Shown here: positions 36,016-49,349 of the stretch, in pieces
How the letters are laid out: every line of letters starts with the position of its first letter
Position numbering within the stretch: the first letter of the stretch is position 1
Assembly: GCA_002633005.1 (NCBI GenBank)
Contig: NMRA01000077.1
Coordinates: 558,001-622,000, forward strand
Direction of reading: 5' to 3'
DNA length: 64,000 nt
Source: Phoronis australis
Taxonomy: Eukaryota > Animalia > Phoronida
Notes under the pieces: model-generated
The model's input: only the letters and a program-made list of their open reading frames with translations
Databases searched by the model: none
What the model was told of the DNA's origin: nothing
Translations under genes and position numbers: made by a program

Positions 36016-37964
36016 TGAAATGACAATTTTGAAAACTAATGGCGTTTTTGAGCTTTTATCTTGGAGAATTATGTTGAACAAAATATGATCATGTTATTGA
36101 TACTGATGTTCTCGGGATATGTCTTAGGTTTTGGCTAAATTTTACTAAAAAGACATCATGTGACCCAATACCAGACAGGTATAATGGTCAAAAATCCAAT
36201 TCTACAGGCTTTTTAGTTTCAGAAAATGTTTTTGAGTTAAAATCTAGGTGTGTAGATATTTGGGTAAATACGCCGACAATTAATTGACAAAGTCCTACAT
36301 AACCTGAAAAGGCTTTCATTTACACACATGTTCAACGCATGCCTATCCAAGTGTCTGTGAGCTTACTAGATTTAGCTAGCAAGGTCTAAAAAAAGATTAA
36401 AATCTTTATTTGTTAGATCTTTCTCTTCCATGGTTGCCATTGAGGGAAAGTGTCTTGAGGATACCTGACAACTCCTTATTTCTGAAGACTGAAGCTCTCT
36501 GAGTGCTGAAATATCACATGGGATTAATACCATGTGTTTAGGGATTTCAATGTCAAGACTGTTCAAATAGAAAATTTGGGATGTCTGCTTGTTAACGAGG
36601 AATTTGTGAACAATTCAGGTTGTTGGGACCTACAGGTACATACTCTTAACAATTATGGACTGAATTAAAACCAATTAGCCTTCTACTTTGAGGGAGGGTG
36701 ACAGCAATACACAACATGGCTGTTTAGCATTCTGACATCTGCGAATTGCACAACTGACAGCTCATGAGTTTCACAATTACAAATATATTTGCCGAATACA
36801 GGAATCCCGTGACATGGTCCCACACAGTGTCTACAAATAGCATCCTGACTGCATCTGACATTCAAACGTTTTTAATACAGTCCCACCGATAACATTCTAT
36901 CACGAATGTCGACCTAATTAGCACCAACTCTAGTCAAATAAAAATTAATTTTGCATTGTAAGTATGTAACGAACGTATTGAACATGCTCAAAACTTTTGT
37001 TAGTTCTCACGAATCACCTGACTGAGTGACCTGAAAACCAAAAGCTTGACGAGGTCACTTGTATCGTAGCTTAATTCAAAATCCACAATAGTAAAACTGG
37101 TGTTTTAGTTGCTTTAAAATTGAGTGTAGAACATACAATAGCTCAGGCCACAGCTGTAACTTTGCTAAGTGTCTAGAGCAGTAAGGCAGATGGTCACAGA
37201 TGTTCATACAAATGTCTAATCAGCATATACATACTTTTCTACTGGGTATTGCACAACACACACACACACACTCATAAGATGTGGGGCTTTAACAGCTTGC
37301 AAGAATTATCTTAGAAATTGATGATATCATTTCCAATTTTAGCACCTCAGGCACTCAAAGGTGGCATATTGTCCCAGACTATGTCGTAAAGCTAGTTTCG
37401 TTTGCAAGTTGATCAAAAGTGTGGAACACTGCGTGATATCGTGATATGCTAACATGCTCTCCATACACACACTGTACCCTAGAACAAGTTACTCACTAGT
37501 TTTTGGGGCTATCTCAGGACGCTATTTAAGCTAATACAACTTGGTCCACTTGTGACACTTTACTATACCTAATGGAGTTGGGGGAACTTGTTCCAGGGTA
37601 ATTTGCACCACTTCTAATTGCTGTGTGGCTTCAAATCTGGCACAAAGTGGAAGTAATTATCAGCTGCACACTTGCGCAATTACATACGTACAGGTCAACA
37701 ACCTCAACTCTTGTCATTTTTGCGAAGGTCCGCATGTGTAGAGCAAAAACTTCCATCTTGCGCTAGTTACATGTGTGGACGCTGCTCTTAAAGTAGGGCA
37801 AATTGCTGTGCGCAAGTTGTTCTAGGCTACGTCTATAGGTAGACGTGATCTGATGAGCTCCAGTTCTTGTTTCTGTCGTGCTATGTCAGTGCTACTCATC
37901 TGAAGTCTTTTGCACTGATGCTCTGGGTAGTATGGTATTCTTCATGGTGCTGTTAACTCTCCTC

Positions 37965-38226
37965 GGGATGGTTTCACTCTGTGTGGTGCGATACTGTCTG
38001 TATGGTATGGCACTCTGCATAGTGCAGTACTCTGCATGGGATGGTACTCTGCATGGGATGGTACTCTGCATGGTGCGGTACTCTGCGTGGTATGGTACTC
38101 TGCATGGTGGGATGGTACTCTGTGTGGTGCGGTACTGTCCGCTATATCGTACAGCACTCTAAATGGTACGGTACTCTGCGTGGTGTCAGTCTGCGTAATG
38201 CGGTACTCTACGTGGTACAGTACTCT
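37965..38226. repeat. Degenerate ~17-20-bp minisatellite with core GGTACTCTGC
   Basis: Recurring ggtactctgc(a/g)tgg. Confidence 0.85.
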
Positions 38227-38771
38227 CAGCATTGTGGGGTTTTAAGCATCATGTTGTCCCATAGTTCAACCATGCAAGTATAACCATCCAATCGCTTTTA
38301 GTTGCCAACATTTGGTCATGTTGCTTAGATGCAGGCCAGTGAGGTATTGCATTACACTCACAGGATCTCCATAGATATGTTGACATGGTGCTTGCCTTAT
38401 TAAATGCAATTCTGGTCTTGTCTGTTTGTGTGCTTGTCTGATTTCAGGTAACAAGAAACAGTAATAAAAACTAATTAGGTCATACTGTCTGACAACATTC
38501 AGTAAACAAATATAGGAGCAACCTTCAGTCCCAGTGTTATTCTGCAGGTGTTGCCTATGAATGCAGTTGTATAAATAGTCCATGGGAAAACAAACCACAG
38601 TTGTTAATGAGCTGTTTGTTTGCTTTCAAGTGCATTTTGTTTTAACCATATGGTCAACGTTAATTAACAAAGGAGTACAAACGCACTCCATAAGTGGTCT
38701 TAATTAGGCCTCATAACATATTCATTGCCTTTTTTCAGCATCTGCTTGCAAATTCGCATGGTATGTTTTAA

Positions 38772-39244
38772 GGGACTTTCATACACGTCGATGGTTTGGG
38801 GAGTTGCGGTCAGTATGAACGCTTTACTCCGGTCCTGGATCGCAGTTAACAGGTGGATTTAATAGTGCAGCATCAACGCTGCGGTGCAGTATGAACAGTT
38901 AACTTCAGTCCAGTTGAAATTATCGCCAGGTGCCACTGTTTTGTCAACAGTTACGGGGTAGTGCCGTCACTAATAGCTGCTTATATTTTGCTCTAATAAT
39001 TACCAATCGATTTAAAAATAAGTTTAATACCATTTAGTACATGTAAATGTTCCCAAATTGTCGCACTGAAAAAAATCTTAGCATGCAGCGCTACCTTGCG
39101 ATAACTTCGATGATGACAGTGTCACCAACCGTTTACTTCGATGTTCATTAACTACCGAAGCCAGTATGAACGGTCCAGTTAACTGCGCTGTTTATGTCGA
39201 CGCTCCCGGAGCTCAGACCGGAGTTAAGTCAATATGAAAGGGCC
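38772..39244. mobile_element. PIF/Harbinger-like MITE, family B, second complete copy
   Basis: taa|GGGACTTTCATA ... TATGAAAGGGCC, collinear with 33006-33609. Confidence 0.75.
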
Positions 39245-39260
39245 TTTAGTAAAACTTTGC

Positions 39261-40656
39261 TTTTTATGCGCCCACATATTTATATGTGGACGCATTATGC
39301 CGTCATCTCTGTCCGTCCGTCCGTCCGTCCGGGCGGCTTCCGGCGTCCGCTGCTCTATGTCCAAAACCCTTTGACACACGTTCATGAAATTTGGCACATA
39401 TGTTCCATTCATGAATGGGACGGAATGTGCGAACTTTCGGACGGATCCGACTACCGGTGTGCCCCCTAGTGGCAATTTTAGTTTTTTACGCTTACCTTTG
39501 TATCTTCAAAAGTCCTGAACGGATTTTCATGAAATTTGGTATATAGGCACCTATTAGTAAGATGACGCTATCCTGNNNNNNNNNNNNNNNNNNNNNNNNN
39601 NNNNNNNNNNNNNNNNNNNNNNNNNNNNNNNNNNNNNNNNNNNNNNNNNNNNNNNNNNNNNNNNNNNNNNNNNNNNNNNNNNNNNNNNNNNNNNNNNNNN
39701 NNNNNNNNNNNNNNNNNNNNNNNNNNNNNNNNNNNNNNNNNNNNNNNNNNNNNNNNNNNNNNNNNNNNNNNNNNNNNNNNNNNNNNNNNNNNNNNNNNNN
39801 NNNNNNNNNNNNNNNNNNNNNNNNNNNNNNNNNNNNNNNNNNNNNNNNNNNNNNNNNNNNNNNNNNNNNNNNNNNNNNNNNNNNNNNNNNNNNNNNNNNN
39901 NNNNNNNNNNNNNNNNNNNNNNNNNNNNNNNNNNNNNNNNNNNNNNNNNNNNNNNNNNNNNNNNNNNNNNNNNNNNNNNNNNNNNNNNNNNNNNNNNNNN
40001 NNNNNNNNNNNNNNNNNNNNNNNNNNNNNNNNNNNNNNNNNNNNNNNNNNNNNNNNNNNNNNNNNNNNNNNNNNNNNNNNNNNNNNNNNNNNNNNNNNNN
40101 NNNNNNNNNNNNNNNNNNNNNNNNNNNNNNNNNNNNNNNTTTGCAGGATCTTTACTAAATTTAGCAAGTGTATTTATGTGTTGTTGACAACGGACGATGA
40201 CGACTTTAGGATGATTCTGACTACCGGTATGCCTCTAGTGGCAATTTTAGTATTTGCCTCTAGTGGCAATTTTAGTATTTTACATTGACCTTTGTATTTT
40301 CATAGGTCTTCAGGTGTATACTTTGTGTTACTTCGTGACTATGAAGGAAAAGTTCCAAGTAGAAATTTGTTTCTGGCATTCTAATGCTGTTCTAATCTCG
40401 TATGTTGGTAAATTTGTTTTTAATTCTATGTTTCTGTGGTGCTTTAAGCAACTGGTGTATAGGATGTGCTTGTACTCACATTTTGCCCCTAGCCTATTGA
40501 GGAGAGACAATGACCATGCCTTTCCATTTTGCTAAGTACAACATACTACATATATGCCCTCTACTGGCCACTTTATGGTACCACTAAACAACCCTAGAGG
40601 GATACCGTATGCGGTGCAATTGTGGGCGCATTTCAATGCTCTGCGTTGCTCTTGTT
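39261..40656 (+). mobile_element. HINE/DINE-1-like element copy 3 (spans the assembly gap)
   Basis: 5' hairpin identical to copy 1, (GTCC)n at 39311-39330, core repeats, and 3' GTGGGCGCATTTCAATGCTCTGCGTTGCTCTTGTT. Confidence 0.85.
39576..40139. other. Assembly gap (564 N)
   Basis: Run of N inside the core-repeat region of HINE copy 3. Confidence 1.
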
Positions 40657-40732
40657 GTTTAAGTGAAAGTGTTCACTTCATCGGATTTTTTCAGCGTTGT
40701 TATCTCTTCCCAAAGCTAAGAGCCTAAAAAAA

Positions 40733-41110
40733 AGCCTTTCCCACTTGCTCTGAAGCTTTGTTTCTAGCGAAGTTTCGTCTATGGGAACAGTTAACTTCAG
40801 TGTTGGATCGATGTTAACACCCGAGTGAAGCATCAAAGTTTTGCCACAATGGGAATCCCATGGGCAGTAGTCACTGTGTTCGCCTACAGTGGGTGGTGAC
40901 TGGTTAATATTTGTTAATATTTTGTTCTGTTGTTTCTTATTTTGGCAGTGCAAACATTCTGTTTCAATTTATCAGTGCTTTTGCTGGATTTTTCACGTTA
41001 CCAAAGTCATTGAGCACACACAAAAGAAATTTCCCACCATATGCCATACAGCCATTGTTCAGATCAGCTGCTAATCAAGACGTGGGTTTTTAACATGTCA
41101 TCTTCACTTC
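40733..41110. mobile_element. Family B-related MITE (GCCTTTCCCACT subfamily), partial
   Basis: Homologous to 30411-30870. Confidence 0.6.
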
Positions 41111-41903
41111 AGCATGTAGTTTTACGACCATTGAGAGCAAATGCACCGAGTCCGAGTTGCGTTATGGGCCTCTGTGATGTTGTGTTCACTAACACAGCAA
41201 GTTGTTAATAAACATAAATGGTCCCCGAAATTCATTAATTTGATAGGTAATTTGACATTTCGTTGATTCCATCTCGAGTTCAGGGCACGCTTTACCTATT
41301 GACTTGATTACTATTGTCCGTGCTGTACTTGGTTTCTTGATATCATTCTTCTCAGGGGGCATGGTGTGAGTACAATGAACTGTTGCCGTACTTACTACTG
41401 GCTCCACCTTCTGACCTAGTTAGCATGAGGTATATGAAACTATGTACAAAATTAGAATGTTTTAGTGATAATTAAATTAATCACGCACTTCCAATTCAGT
41501 TGACATTGCAAGTGAATGTTGAAATAGCGAACATGGTTATGGCATGTATAGGTTATATTGACCGAAAACAAGTTTTCACTGAACAATTAACCGCATATCT
41601 TGAGACTTGCATCTCACATATGAACTTAATCGGCTTTTTCTTGGCTGCGTCAAATCGACTTAATTTGAACTTGGGAAGATGAGTTCACAAAAAAACAGCG
41701 TGGTGGAATTTCGTTGAAACTTTCTGAACTTGATATTTATTCATCAATCCCAAAAACTCTGTTAGGATTTCCAATTTAAAGGCCTGGTTTTTGCATAATG
41801 TAACAAAGACGAATACCACTACTATATTTTACAAGCATTCCTTATGTTTTTCTAGTTAATTTGTGAGTTCACAAATTTAAGGTCCGTAATCGGGATGAGT
41901 GTC

Positions 41904-42160
41904 AAATGACAGGACTGCACCTCCAATGGAAGGTAAAAATGACAGGATTGCACCTCCAATGGAAGGTATAAATGACAGGATTGCACCTCCAATGGAAGGT
42001 AAAAATGACAGGATTGCACCTCCAATGGAAGGTAAAAATGACAGGACTGCACCTCCAATGGAAGGTAAAAATGACAGGACTGCACCTCCAATGGAAGGTA
42101 AAAATGACAGGACTGCACCTCCAGTGGAAGGTATAAATGACAGGACTGCACCTCCAATTG
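41904..42160. repeat. 33-bp minisatellite, about 8 copies
   Basis: Unit aatgacagga(c/t)tgcacctccaatggaaggta(a/t)a. Confidence 0.97.
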
Positions 42161-43851
42161 AAGATATAAAACCTGAAAATGTAACCTGTTACAATTTTAA
42201 AAAAAATTAATTGCTAAGACATTGTTGCAAATGCTGAAAATTTTAACAAATATTATTTGGTAACAGCTACACCTTACAAACCATGCTAAAAGCAAATTAA
42301 ATTTGTTGAGAAATTTGACAAAATGAAATTTCACCTGTCTGCCATATTGTGTCCCAAATTGAAGAATTTTGACCATATTAATGACTTAGCCAATCGAGGC
42401 ACTGTCACCATGTTGAAATGTGTGCACTGGTGAACCGATGAAACCTTATGAGCAGCTGTATATGGGACACCAGTGGATGCAGCCATTAGTTGCCACATCT
42501 AAAAAATGTCAACAGGAGACCAGTTTATTATAAAATCTCAACTAGGGCTTTTGTGGTTTACCAATGACAGCCTATCACCCTGTTATTTTCTAAGGTGTAC
42601 TACTGAGGGCATGAGACTGACAAGACGAATGGCTGCATGTACTTAAAGTAATAAATCCTCTAGAGTTACATAAACTGGATTTACTAATGAAGGGCATTCA
42701 CACTTTCTACTACCTAAAGACCAATGAAGGAAATGCAAAACTTGACTGGAAGAACGTACAAATTATAGGTTGAGTGTTGTGTGAAAGTAGCAGTTAGTTG
42801 AGTCATTTTACTCCACCACATAGGAAATCAATTTTTGAAAACCATTTCATTGATAATTGTTTCAAGCGCTAGTCACCATAGGTCACGTATGGATGGCAGT
42901 GGTGGGAAAAGGACAAAATTAATTTTTGATTGGATGTTAGAATTGCCTTGTTAGTTAATTTGAAGGAGGTGCTGGCCAGGCAGATTCCATGTAATACTGA
43001 AACCCTCAATTCATGAACAACCATCATTTGCACCACTTACAAGCCGCTGTACCATAGAGTCCCCATGGAATGCAATGCAAAAATCACTGCAATGGCTGAA
43101 TACTTGAAAGTGGAGGTATGATAATCAATTTCAATTCAAACAAAGGCGACCAACATGATGACATTGGTTTAAGGGCGATTTGGAGAAGGTTGTTAGTTTC
43201 AACTTCAGAACATTGTATAGTGGCTTCTTATGCGGTGTTTTGACTGCATTGAGTAGAATGGTCTCCTAACAGGTATCTTTGTTGACCTTTCAAGGTTATC
43301 CAAGAATGCATGGAGCTGGTGGAACATCAGCGCCCCATTACATGATTTTGTAGATAACAATTTTGACAAAGATTTCCTGTGAGGGAGGCCTTTGCTTTGT
43401 GAATGTTTTGTCATAATAGTGGAGCATTTTGTTTCACAAGATATTCAAAGCTACTGTACAGCCCGGCCCCAGGGAATGACTTTTCAACCCACTGACCCCA
43501 GAGCCATCCAGAAATCGTACACAAATAATACAGTAAGTAAATGAACAGACTTAGTGAATTATTAAAAACTTGAAATGAATGTTCATAGCTGGCGCCGTTA
43601 CATAGTGTCGGCGACCTGTTTGTGTTTGCAGATCTAGCTTGGGTACTTGCGGGCATCTTCATGTCACATGGTCACCAGTTGCCAATGGTTTTTAAAATAG
43701 ATTATTGTAGGTTATATATGTGTAAGAACCTTGTCAAAGAGACAAACTGAAAGATAATTTATTAGGTTTGGTAAAACACTGCATAAGGAGTTTAAAAAAA
43801 GTTTTTTAGGGCAGAAGTTGGTATGTAATAAGTTTCTTTTCCTCGGTCTTA

Positions 43852-44121
43852 TGCTGGTGAGTCGGTGCGTGACGTCAAGTTGCCTGGGAAAATAACCAGG
43901 TCACCTAATGGAAACTGAGGTAACATAACCTCGTTCCTAGAGCTGCAAAAATGAAATAAATGAGATACGAAATTTAAAAAACTCAATAAAATTCTACTAG
44001 TGCAGCCGTGGTTGCCTAAATATGTCATTTTTTTACTTGAGCAAATAATTAGGAGTGCCTCGCTTGCTCCGTGACAACCACTTTTTCTCGGACCTATCTT
44101 CCTGCGTACAGACTCACCTCC
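43852..44121. mobile_element. Small MITE with imperfect TIRs
   Basis: tta-tgctGGTGAGTCggtgcg ... cgtacaGACTCACCtcc-taa. CpG-richer than its flanks. Confidence 0.45.
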
Positions 44122-45544
44122 TAAGGCAGATGAATACAAATGGGCGTTCTGCAATTTTTGCCTAACAACTTGATTCCAACTCTAATATCTGTTTACTTCC
44201 CATGTTATTTTCACTGCGTGCTCAGATATGGCGTGGCGATGGCGATCTGTAATTTTTACCACATCATCATCATGTAGAGAATTTCTTACTCTGGTCACCA
44301 CTGAGATTTGCCTTCAGACATGCTCATTCAGCACACACTTTTGTGTTCAAGCTAATGAAGTGGTATGACAATGGCTTGCACTACTTTTTCAACACTGCTG
44401 GTTATTATTACACTGAAATTGGTTTTCTTTGGCATCTGCATAGTTACATTTAGCCTGAAATTTCAAAAGTATGGTTTTGGTTTGGTACATTGTAAATATT
44501 ACAAAATGGCTGAAAATGTTAACTTGTGTTCATCTTAATGAAGGGCCATTTCCCAAACAACCATTGGTTTTAAATATGTTTGTTAAGGGTTTTCTTCATT
44601 TTATTTTTAATACTAGTCATACTTTTGCTGTTTTGTTTTCCACTGGATTGCTATCTTTTGATTTTATTTTGAAGGTTTAAGTGCCATTACAGTGGCAAAT
44701 TTTGATCATCAATGAAACCTAAGGTCTTGACCAATGACCCACCTCATCTATTGCTTGAATGTTCTCATGGACTTTGACGCTAGCCATTGTTAATCTTCAC
44801 AACACATGTTTCATTGCCGGCTGATTGCCGAACATCACAGTTTTCTGGTTAGGGTGCTACTCCTTGAATAAACTAGTTCAATATGACCGGGTGATATGCA
44901 CGGTCTTAAAAGCTATTGACACCTAATTTGGTCACCATGTGTTGTTTCTATGTTTTTGATATAGTGTAGTTGCATAGTAAACAAATAAGCCAGGCATATT
45001 GTTAATTATGATCAGGGATTGTAAATCCTTTGAGTACATCAATACGCACTGTCGTCTATGTTCATTCCATAACCAATATTTGTAGTTCTTTGCTTATTAG
45101 TTCTCCTATTTAAAAATGGAAAATCATATTGTGTTGTGTTTTCCAGTTGAACACCACCTTAATGTTTATTTTTTTAACAAAAATTATTGGTTTATGCATT
45201 TTGAAAATTTGCCTGTGTGTACTGGCTGAGATGTTTACTACTAACAGTCTATGGCCGGGTTATTTAGTCTTGCTCACACTGGACAACGCTGCCCGCTCTC
45301 TTTGATCCTGGTGAAAGCTGCTCACAACACAGTTGAATGACCAGCGGTGAAAATTCCTACACATCTTTAGAACTGTGTGTTTTAATCATACTGTAAGCAA
45401 ATTTTTCACGGCATGAACAAAATCTGACGTGCAATTCACAAAAATCAAATCCTTTGAATACTGGAATGGGATGCAACATTAAAATTTTAAAAATAGTTTA
45501 GTTGCATATTGTTAACATATTTATAAAACAATTGATAGTCTAAT

Positions 45545-46190
45545 TTGTATGTGCCCTTGTACACATATATGGGTGCATATTGCTGTGGTCTCTGTCTGGG
45601 TGTTTGTCCCTCCCTTGTCTGGTCTTGTATTTCTGAAACCCCTTGCTGATGACAGATACCAAGTTTCATATCGATTGGACACACTACCGGTATGCCCCCT
45701 GGTGGCAAATATTTCTTGTGCTTGCGTTTCTCTTTAGTGTTCTGTGATGGATTTACATGAAATTTGGTAGGTAGGTGTTTAGTAAGGACAGGACAATTGT
45801 TCCCATTTTCTAAAGGATTTGACATATTTTGCTCAACGGAGTGACAATTTTTATCGTTATCAAGTCCACTTTTTGGCATCCGCCTATCTGCTATTAAAGT
45901 GCTGGAAGATTCGTTATGAAAATTGGCGGATAAAATATTCTTGCCAAGAAGGTTAAAGCTGAAGCTGATTTTGACACGAAGTCAGACTACTATGGTGCCC
46001 CCTAGTGGTAATTATAATTTTTTAAAATTTTCCTCTTTAATCAGAGCTTGTTTTCCGATTTTCATTAAAATCTTGCAAATAGTCTTCTATTAGAGGATAC
46101 GAACCTTCCCATTTTTGGATGTATTTGATATATTTTATGTCACATAGAGGCTGTTATTATTTTCAAGGTTTTTGGCATTCGCCTCCATCT
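45545..46190 (+). mobile_element. Old, diverged relative of the HINE family (copy 4, 3' truncated)
   Basis: Degenerate 5' hairpin (atgtgccc...atgggtgcat), GTCY-like tract, and core motifs actaccggtatgccccctggtggca and gactactatggtgccccctagtgg. Confidence 0.6.
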
Positions 46191-48383
46191 TGTTTAGTCA
46201 TTTTGGTTAATACCTTTATAAATCTAGCACGAGCCTGGCAATAAGACGTGTTATTTCATGCTCTCACAACCCTGAAGAATTGTACGTTGAATGTTGCCTT
46301 GTGAATTTAGCTGGGAAAGGATACATGCAAAATGCCTGTTAGTATTGATTCTAGTTCCAATAGCTGACTGTTACCGTAGTTCAAGCGTTTATAGTCTCTA
46401 GAGATAAAAAACATTTTAGGTCAGTGTTTTGGCTTGATAAGTGATTCTGCATGATGAAATTATATTGTATGAGTTTTTAAATTTTTGTGTTTTTAATTTA
46501 CTCTGAAATGGGTTTGTATGAGCTTTCCTAAACTGAGAGTCTTAATTTTCCCAAAATTTTCAGACTGAACATTCTGCGGTCCATCACCATTTGTGTTGTG
46601 TTGTTATTAGTGCATCCATGGTGCCATATTGTAGTGTATCCACCCATCTAATAGCATAGTACAGCTAAGTGGAAATAAAAGTGTCTTTGGCATAAAATAA
46701 ACCTTTTATTTATCCAATGATTATAAAATGTACTAATATATCTCCCATTTTCCATATCAAGTAAAATCCATAGATATACAGAGTACAGAATCTTATTCTG
46801 TACATATTGTTCCAATGGTTTTGATATTTGATGCAGCTTAACTCATTTCCCAGCCCTTTTTTGACCAACACATCAGATTCATAATCAACACCAGTATTGC
46901 ATCTAGAATGTGACATTTGTCAACCGGCCCCCATTTCCAGATGGGGGGTGGCACTTGTGAGAAAACAGGTGGTCTAGTAATGTGTAAATTGCTTTATACG
47001 TATATGAAAGCTTTCATGGAACACCAATTGACAATAATTGTTCACATGCATTTGAAAATCACGAGAAACAAGTCTACACAGATGTGTTTCAAACAGTATG
47101 CAGGAAACACTCGAGTCAAAAGTTTGTGACTTTCATATTTAGTGATGTCAGTGCCATCTAAGTCCAAGAAGTCTCACATAGACGTGAACTTTGCTGTGGC
47201 CTGTCTTCGCATGAAGTAGGCAGACTAAAATGTCTTGATTTACAAGTAACATTTTTTATCATGCATAGACTTGACAGTCTCCTCATGCACAGTATTCTTT
47301 AGCCAGCCAGTTTGTTGTATGAAGAATATTATCAAAATTCAGCTAGCTACCATTGTGTGTTGAGTTTCATAAGACCCTTAAATTTCACTCGGCCTGGGTA
47401 GTTCTACTGTCACCTCGTTGTGAAACTTATTTCAACATGTAGAGCTAACAACTGCTGGGGGTGCATGCAAAATCTGAGTGTCAACCAACCCTCACCTTGC
47501 CTGTTAGAGCTGTTTAAGTGAAAAACAATCTAGTAAACATTTTCTTGTGTAGTTCTCCGCCTTTTGTAACAATGAAAAGTCTGTCATCAGTTTGAAAACT
47601 GTACCTTCGTGACACAGGCCCGCACCATTTCCTAAATTCTTTGTGACATCTCTTGGGAGAGAATGAGAGCTTTGTAGCATCAAAATGTGCTCTGAAATTT
47701 GGTTTGTTGGTTTTAAAATACTAAAAAGGAAATGAATCCGGTTCCAATAATTTGTTGTGACATGTACCCAACCTCGTAGAAGAAGAACAGTTGATTGAAT
47801 AATCGGTGAAAAAAAAATGGCCAATGGGTGACGCAATATTTTATGGCGCCAAAAACCAATGCAATAGATCGCTCCACAACTTTAACAGCAGAATAATGGT
47901 AGAACGCCAATTTTTCCAACACCCGTAAATAACTTAGTTTGCTCAAGGAAGAGTGGAGTTTTTAATGACACTAATTTTGTGTCACATTTCATTTTGCCAG
48001 TTTTTTACCCTCGTCAGTGCAAATCATTTATGCCTACCCTGGTGAATCCCTCCAAAATAAAATCCATCAAAGCATCTTGAGATGTAGTATGGTAATTATG
48101 CCCTGGTTAGGTCTCTAATCACTTTGAAGAGTTAACTGCAAATTACTGGTAGTTGTATGTCTATTTTTCTGTCTGCGGATTACATCTTTACCTCATAAGA
48201 TTTTGCATGGAATTTCTTTAATTTCTCAGCAAGTGCATCTGGTGACTCACAGTCCAATGGATGTAAGTACTGTTTAGACATTAACTTTTGACAAAGATGA
48301 CCAGTATCAAGCAGCCATTTACACACACACAACTCAGAAATGGTGGCAAGGCGGAAGTTGTAGGCAAATTGCAGGAGTCACAT

Positions 48384-48385
<2 letters not shown>

Positions 48386-48427
<42 letters not shown>

Positions 48428-48432
48428 TATTA
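48386..48432. repeat. (CAT)n microsatellite
   Basis: Seen directly. Confidence 0.98.
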
Positions 48433-48944
48433 TTGTTGTTATGGTGCTTCTCATTCCTCCACATGTAATTTGTGACGTAAAGTTTTGTTTCAATGATTGT
48501 TTGATCAGCTGATAAACGCTTTCATCAGTGGGCTCTGTACATCATAACCAAGCATTTGAATTGAACCCTGAGTCTTCACTGTTAACTGTGTGTAATATTC
48601 TGACATTTTTTCTCAAAAAATAAATGGTGGTCTCAGTTAAAGTACAAGGCACTGAACAGCTGAATAGCAATTCATAAAAATTGTGCAAAAATGATCACCA
48701 GTATTCCTTTTCCTTTTTTGCACAAGCGCAGCGGAGATGATCCCTTCCGCCTTGCTTCAGTTCCACGTTTAGACATATAGTTGATACGGAGCAAGATGAT
48801 CAGGCGCAAGTTGCTCTACCTCACAAACGGGCTACAGAAGTTGTCACCGTGGTGTCAATTTGCTCCGTGTCTGTCGTATTCACACACATACTTGCACTTG
48901 ATCATCTTGTTCTGTGTTAGCTGATCCATGTCAACTTTTGTAGT

Positions 48945-49029
48945 GTACTTATAGTGCCGTTGTATTTATAGTGCCGTTGTACTTATAGTGCCGTTGTATT
49001 TATAGTGCCGTTGTACTTATAGTGCCGTT
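48945..49029. repeat. 17-bp repeat GTA(C/T)TTATAGTGCCGTT, 5 copies, an amplified MITE terminus
   Basis: The last copy runs into the TIR AGTGCCGTTTACA. Confidence 0.9.
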
Positions 49030-49054
49030 TACAAAAGTTGACACGGTTCATCTG

Positions 49055-49349
49055 AAACGGAACGAGATGTTCCAATGTGTAAACGGAACGAGATGTTCCA
49101 ATGTGTAAACGGAACGAGATGTTCCAATGTGTAAACGGAACGAGATGTTCCAATGTGTAAACGGAACGAGATGTTCCAATGTGTAAACGGAACGAGATGT
49201 TCCAATGTGTAAACGGAATGAGATGTTCCAATGTGTAAACGGAATGAGATGTTCCAATGTGTAAACGGAATGAGATGTTCCAATGTGTAAACGGAATGAG
49301 ATGTTCCAATGTGTAAACGGAATGAGATGTTCCAATGTGTAAACGGAAC
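49055..49349. repeat. 26-bp minisatellite AAACGGAA(C/T)GAGATGTTCCAATGTGT, about 11 copies
   Basis: Seen directly. C-variant units are 5' and T-variant units are 3'. Confidence 0.97.

Noticed and set aside
36683-36865. Minus-strand ORF vaguely resembling an AP-endonuclease segment (HGIPVF...YCCHPP)
   Set aside because: No catalytic motifs (QET, GDFN, SDH) are recognisable in adjacent frames; too weak without an HMM search.
38266-38598. 110-aa minus-strand ORF
   Set aside because: No recognisable domain or exon structure, and its length is within chance expectation.
39562-40167. 198/199-aa ORFs
   Set aside because: Artefacts of the N gap.
48281-48512. Poly-Met/poly-Ile ORFs (also 57441)
   Set aside because: Translations of (CAT/ATC)n microsatellites.
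49055-49349. CRISPR-like appearance of the 26-33-bp repeats (also 41904 and 52093)
   Set aside because: The units are head-to-tail with no unique spacers, there are no cas genes, and the context is a eukaryotic intron.
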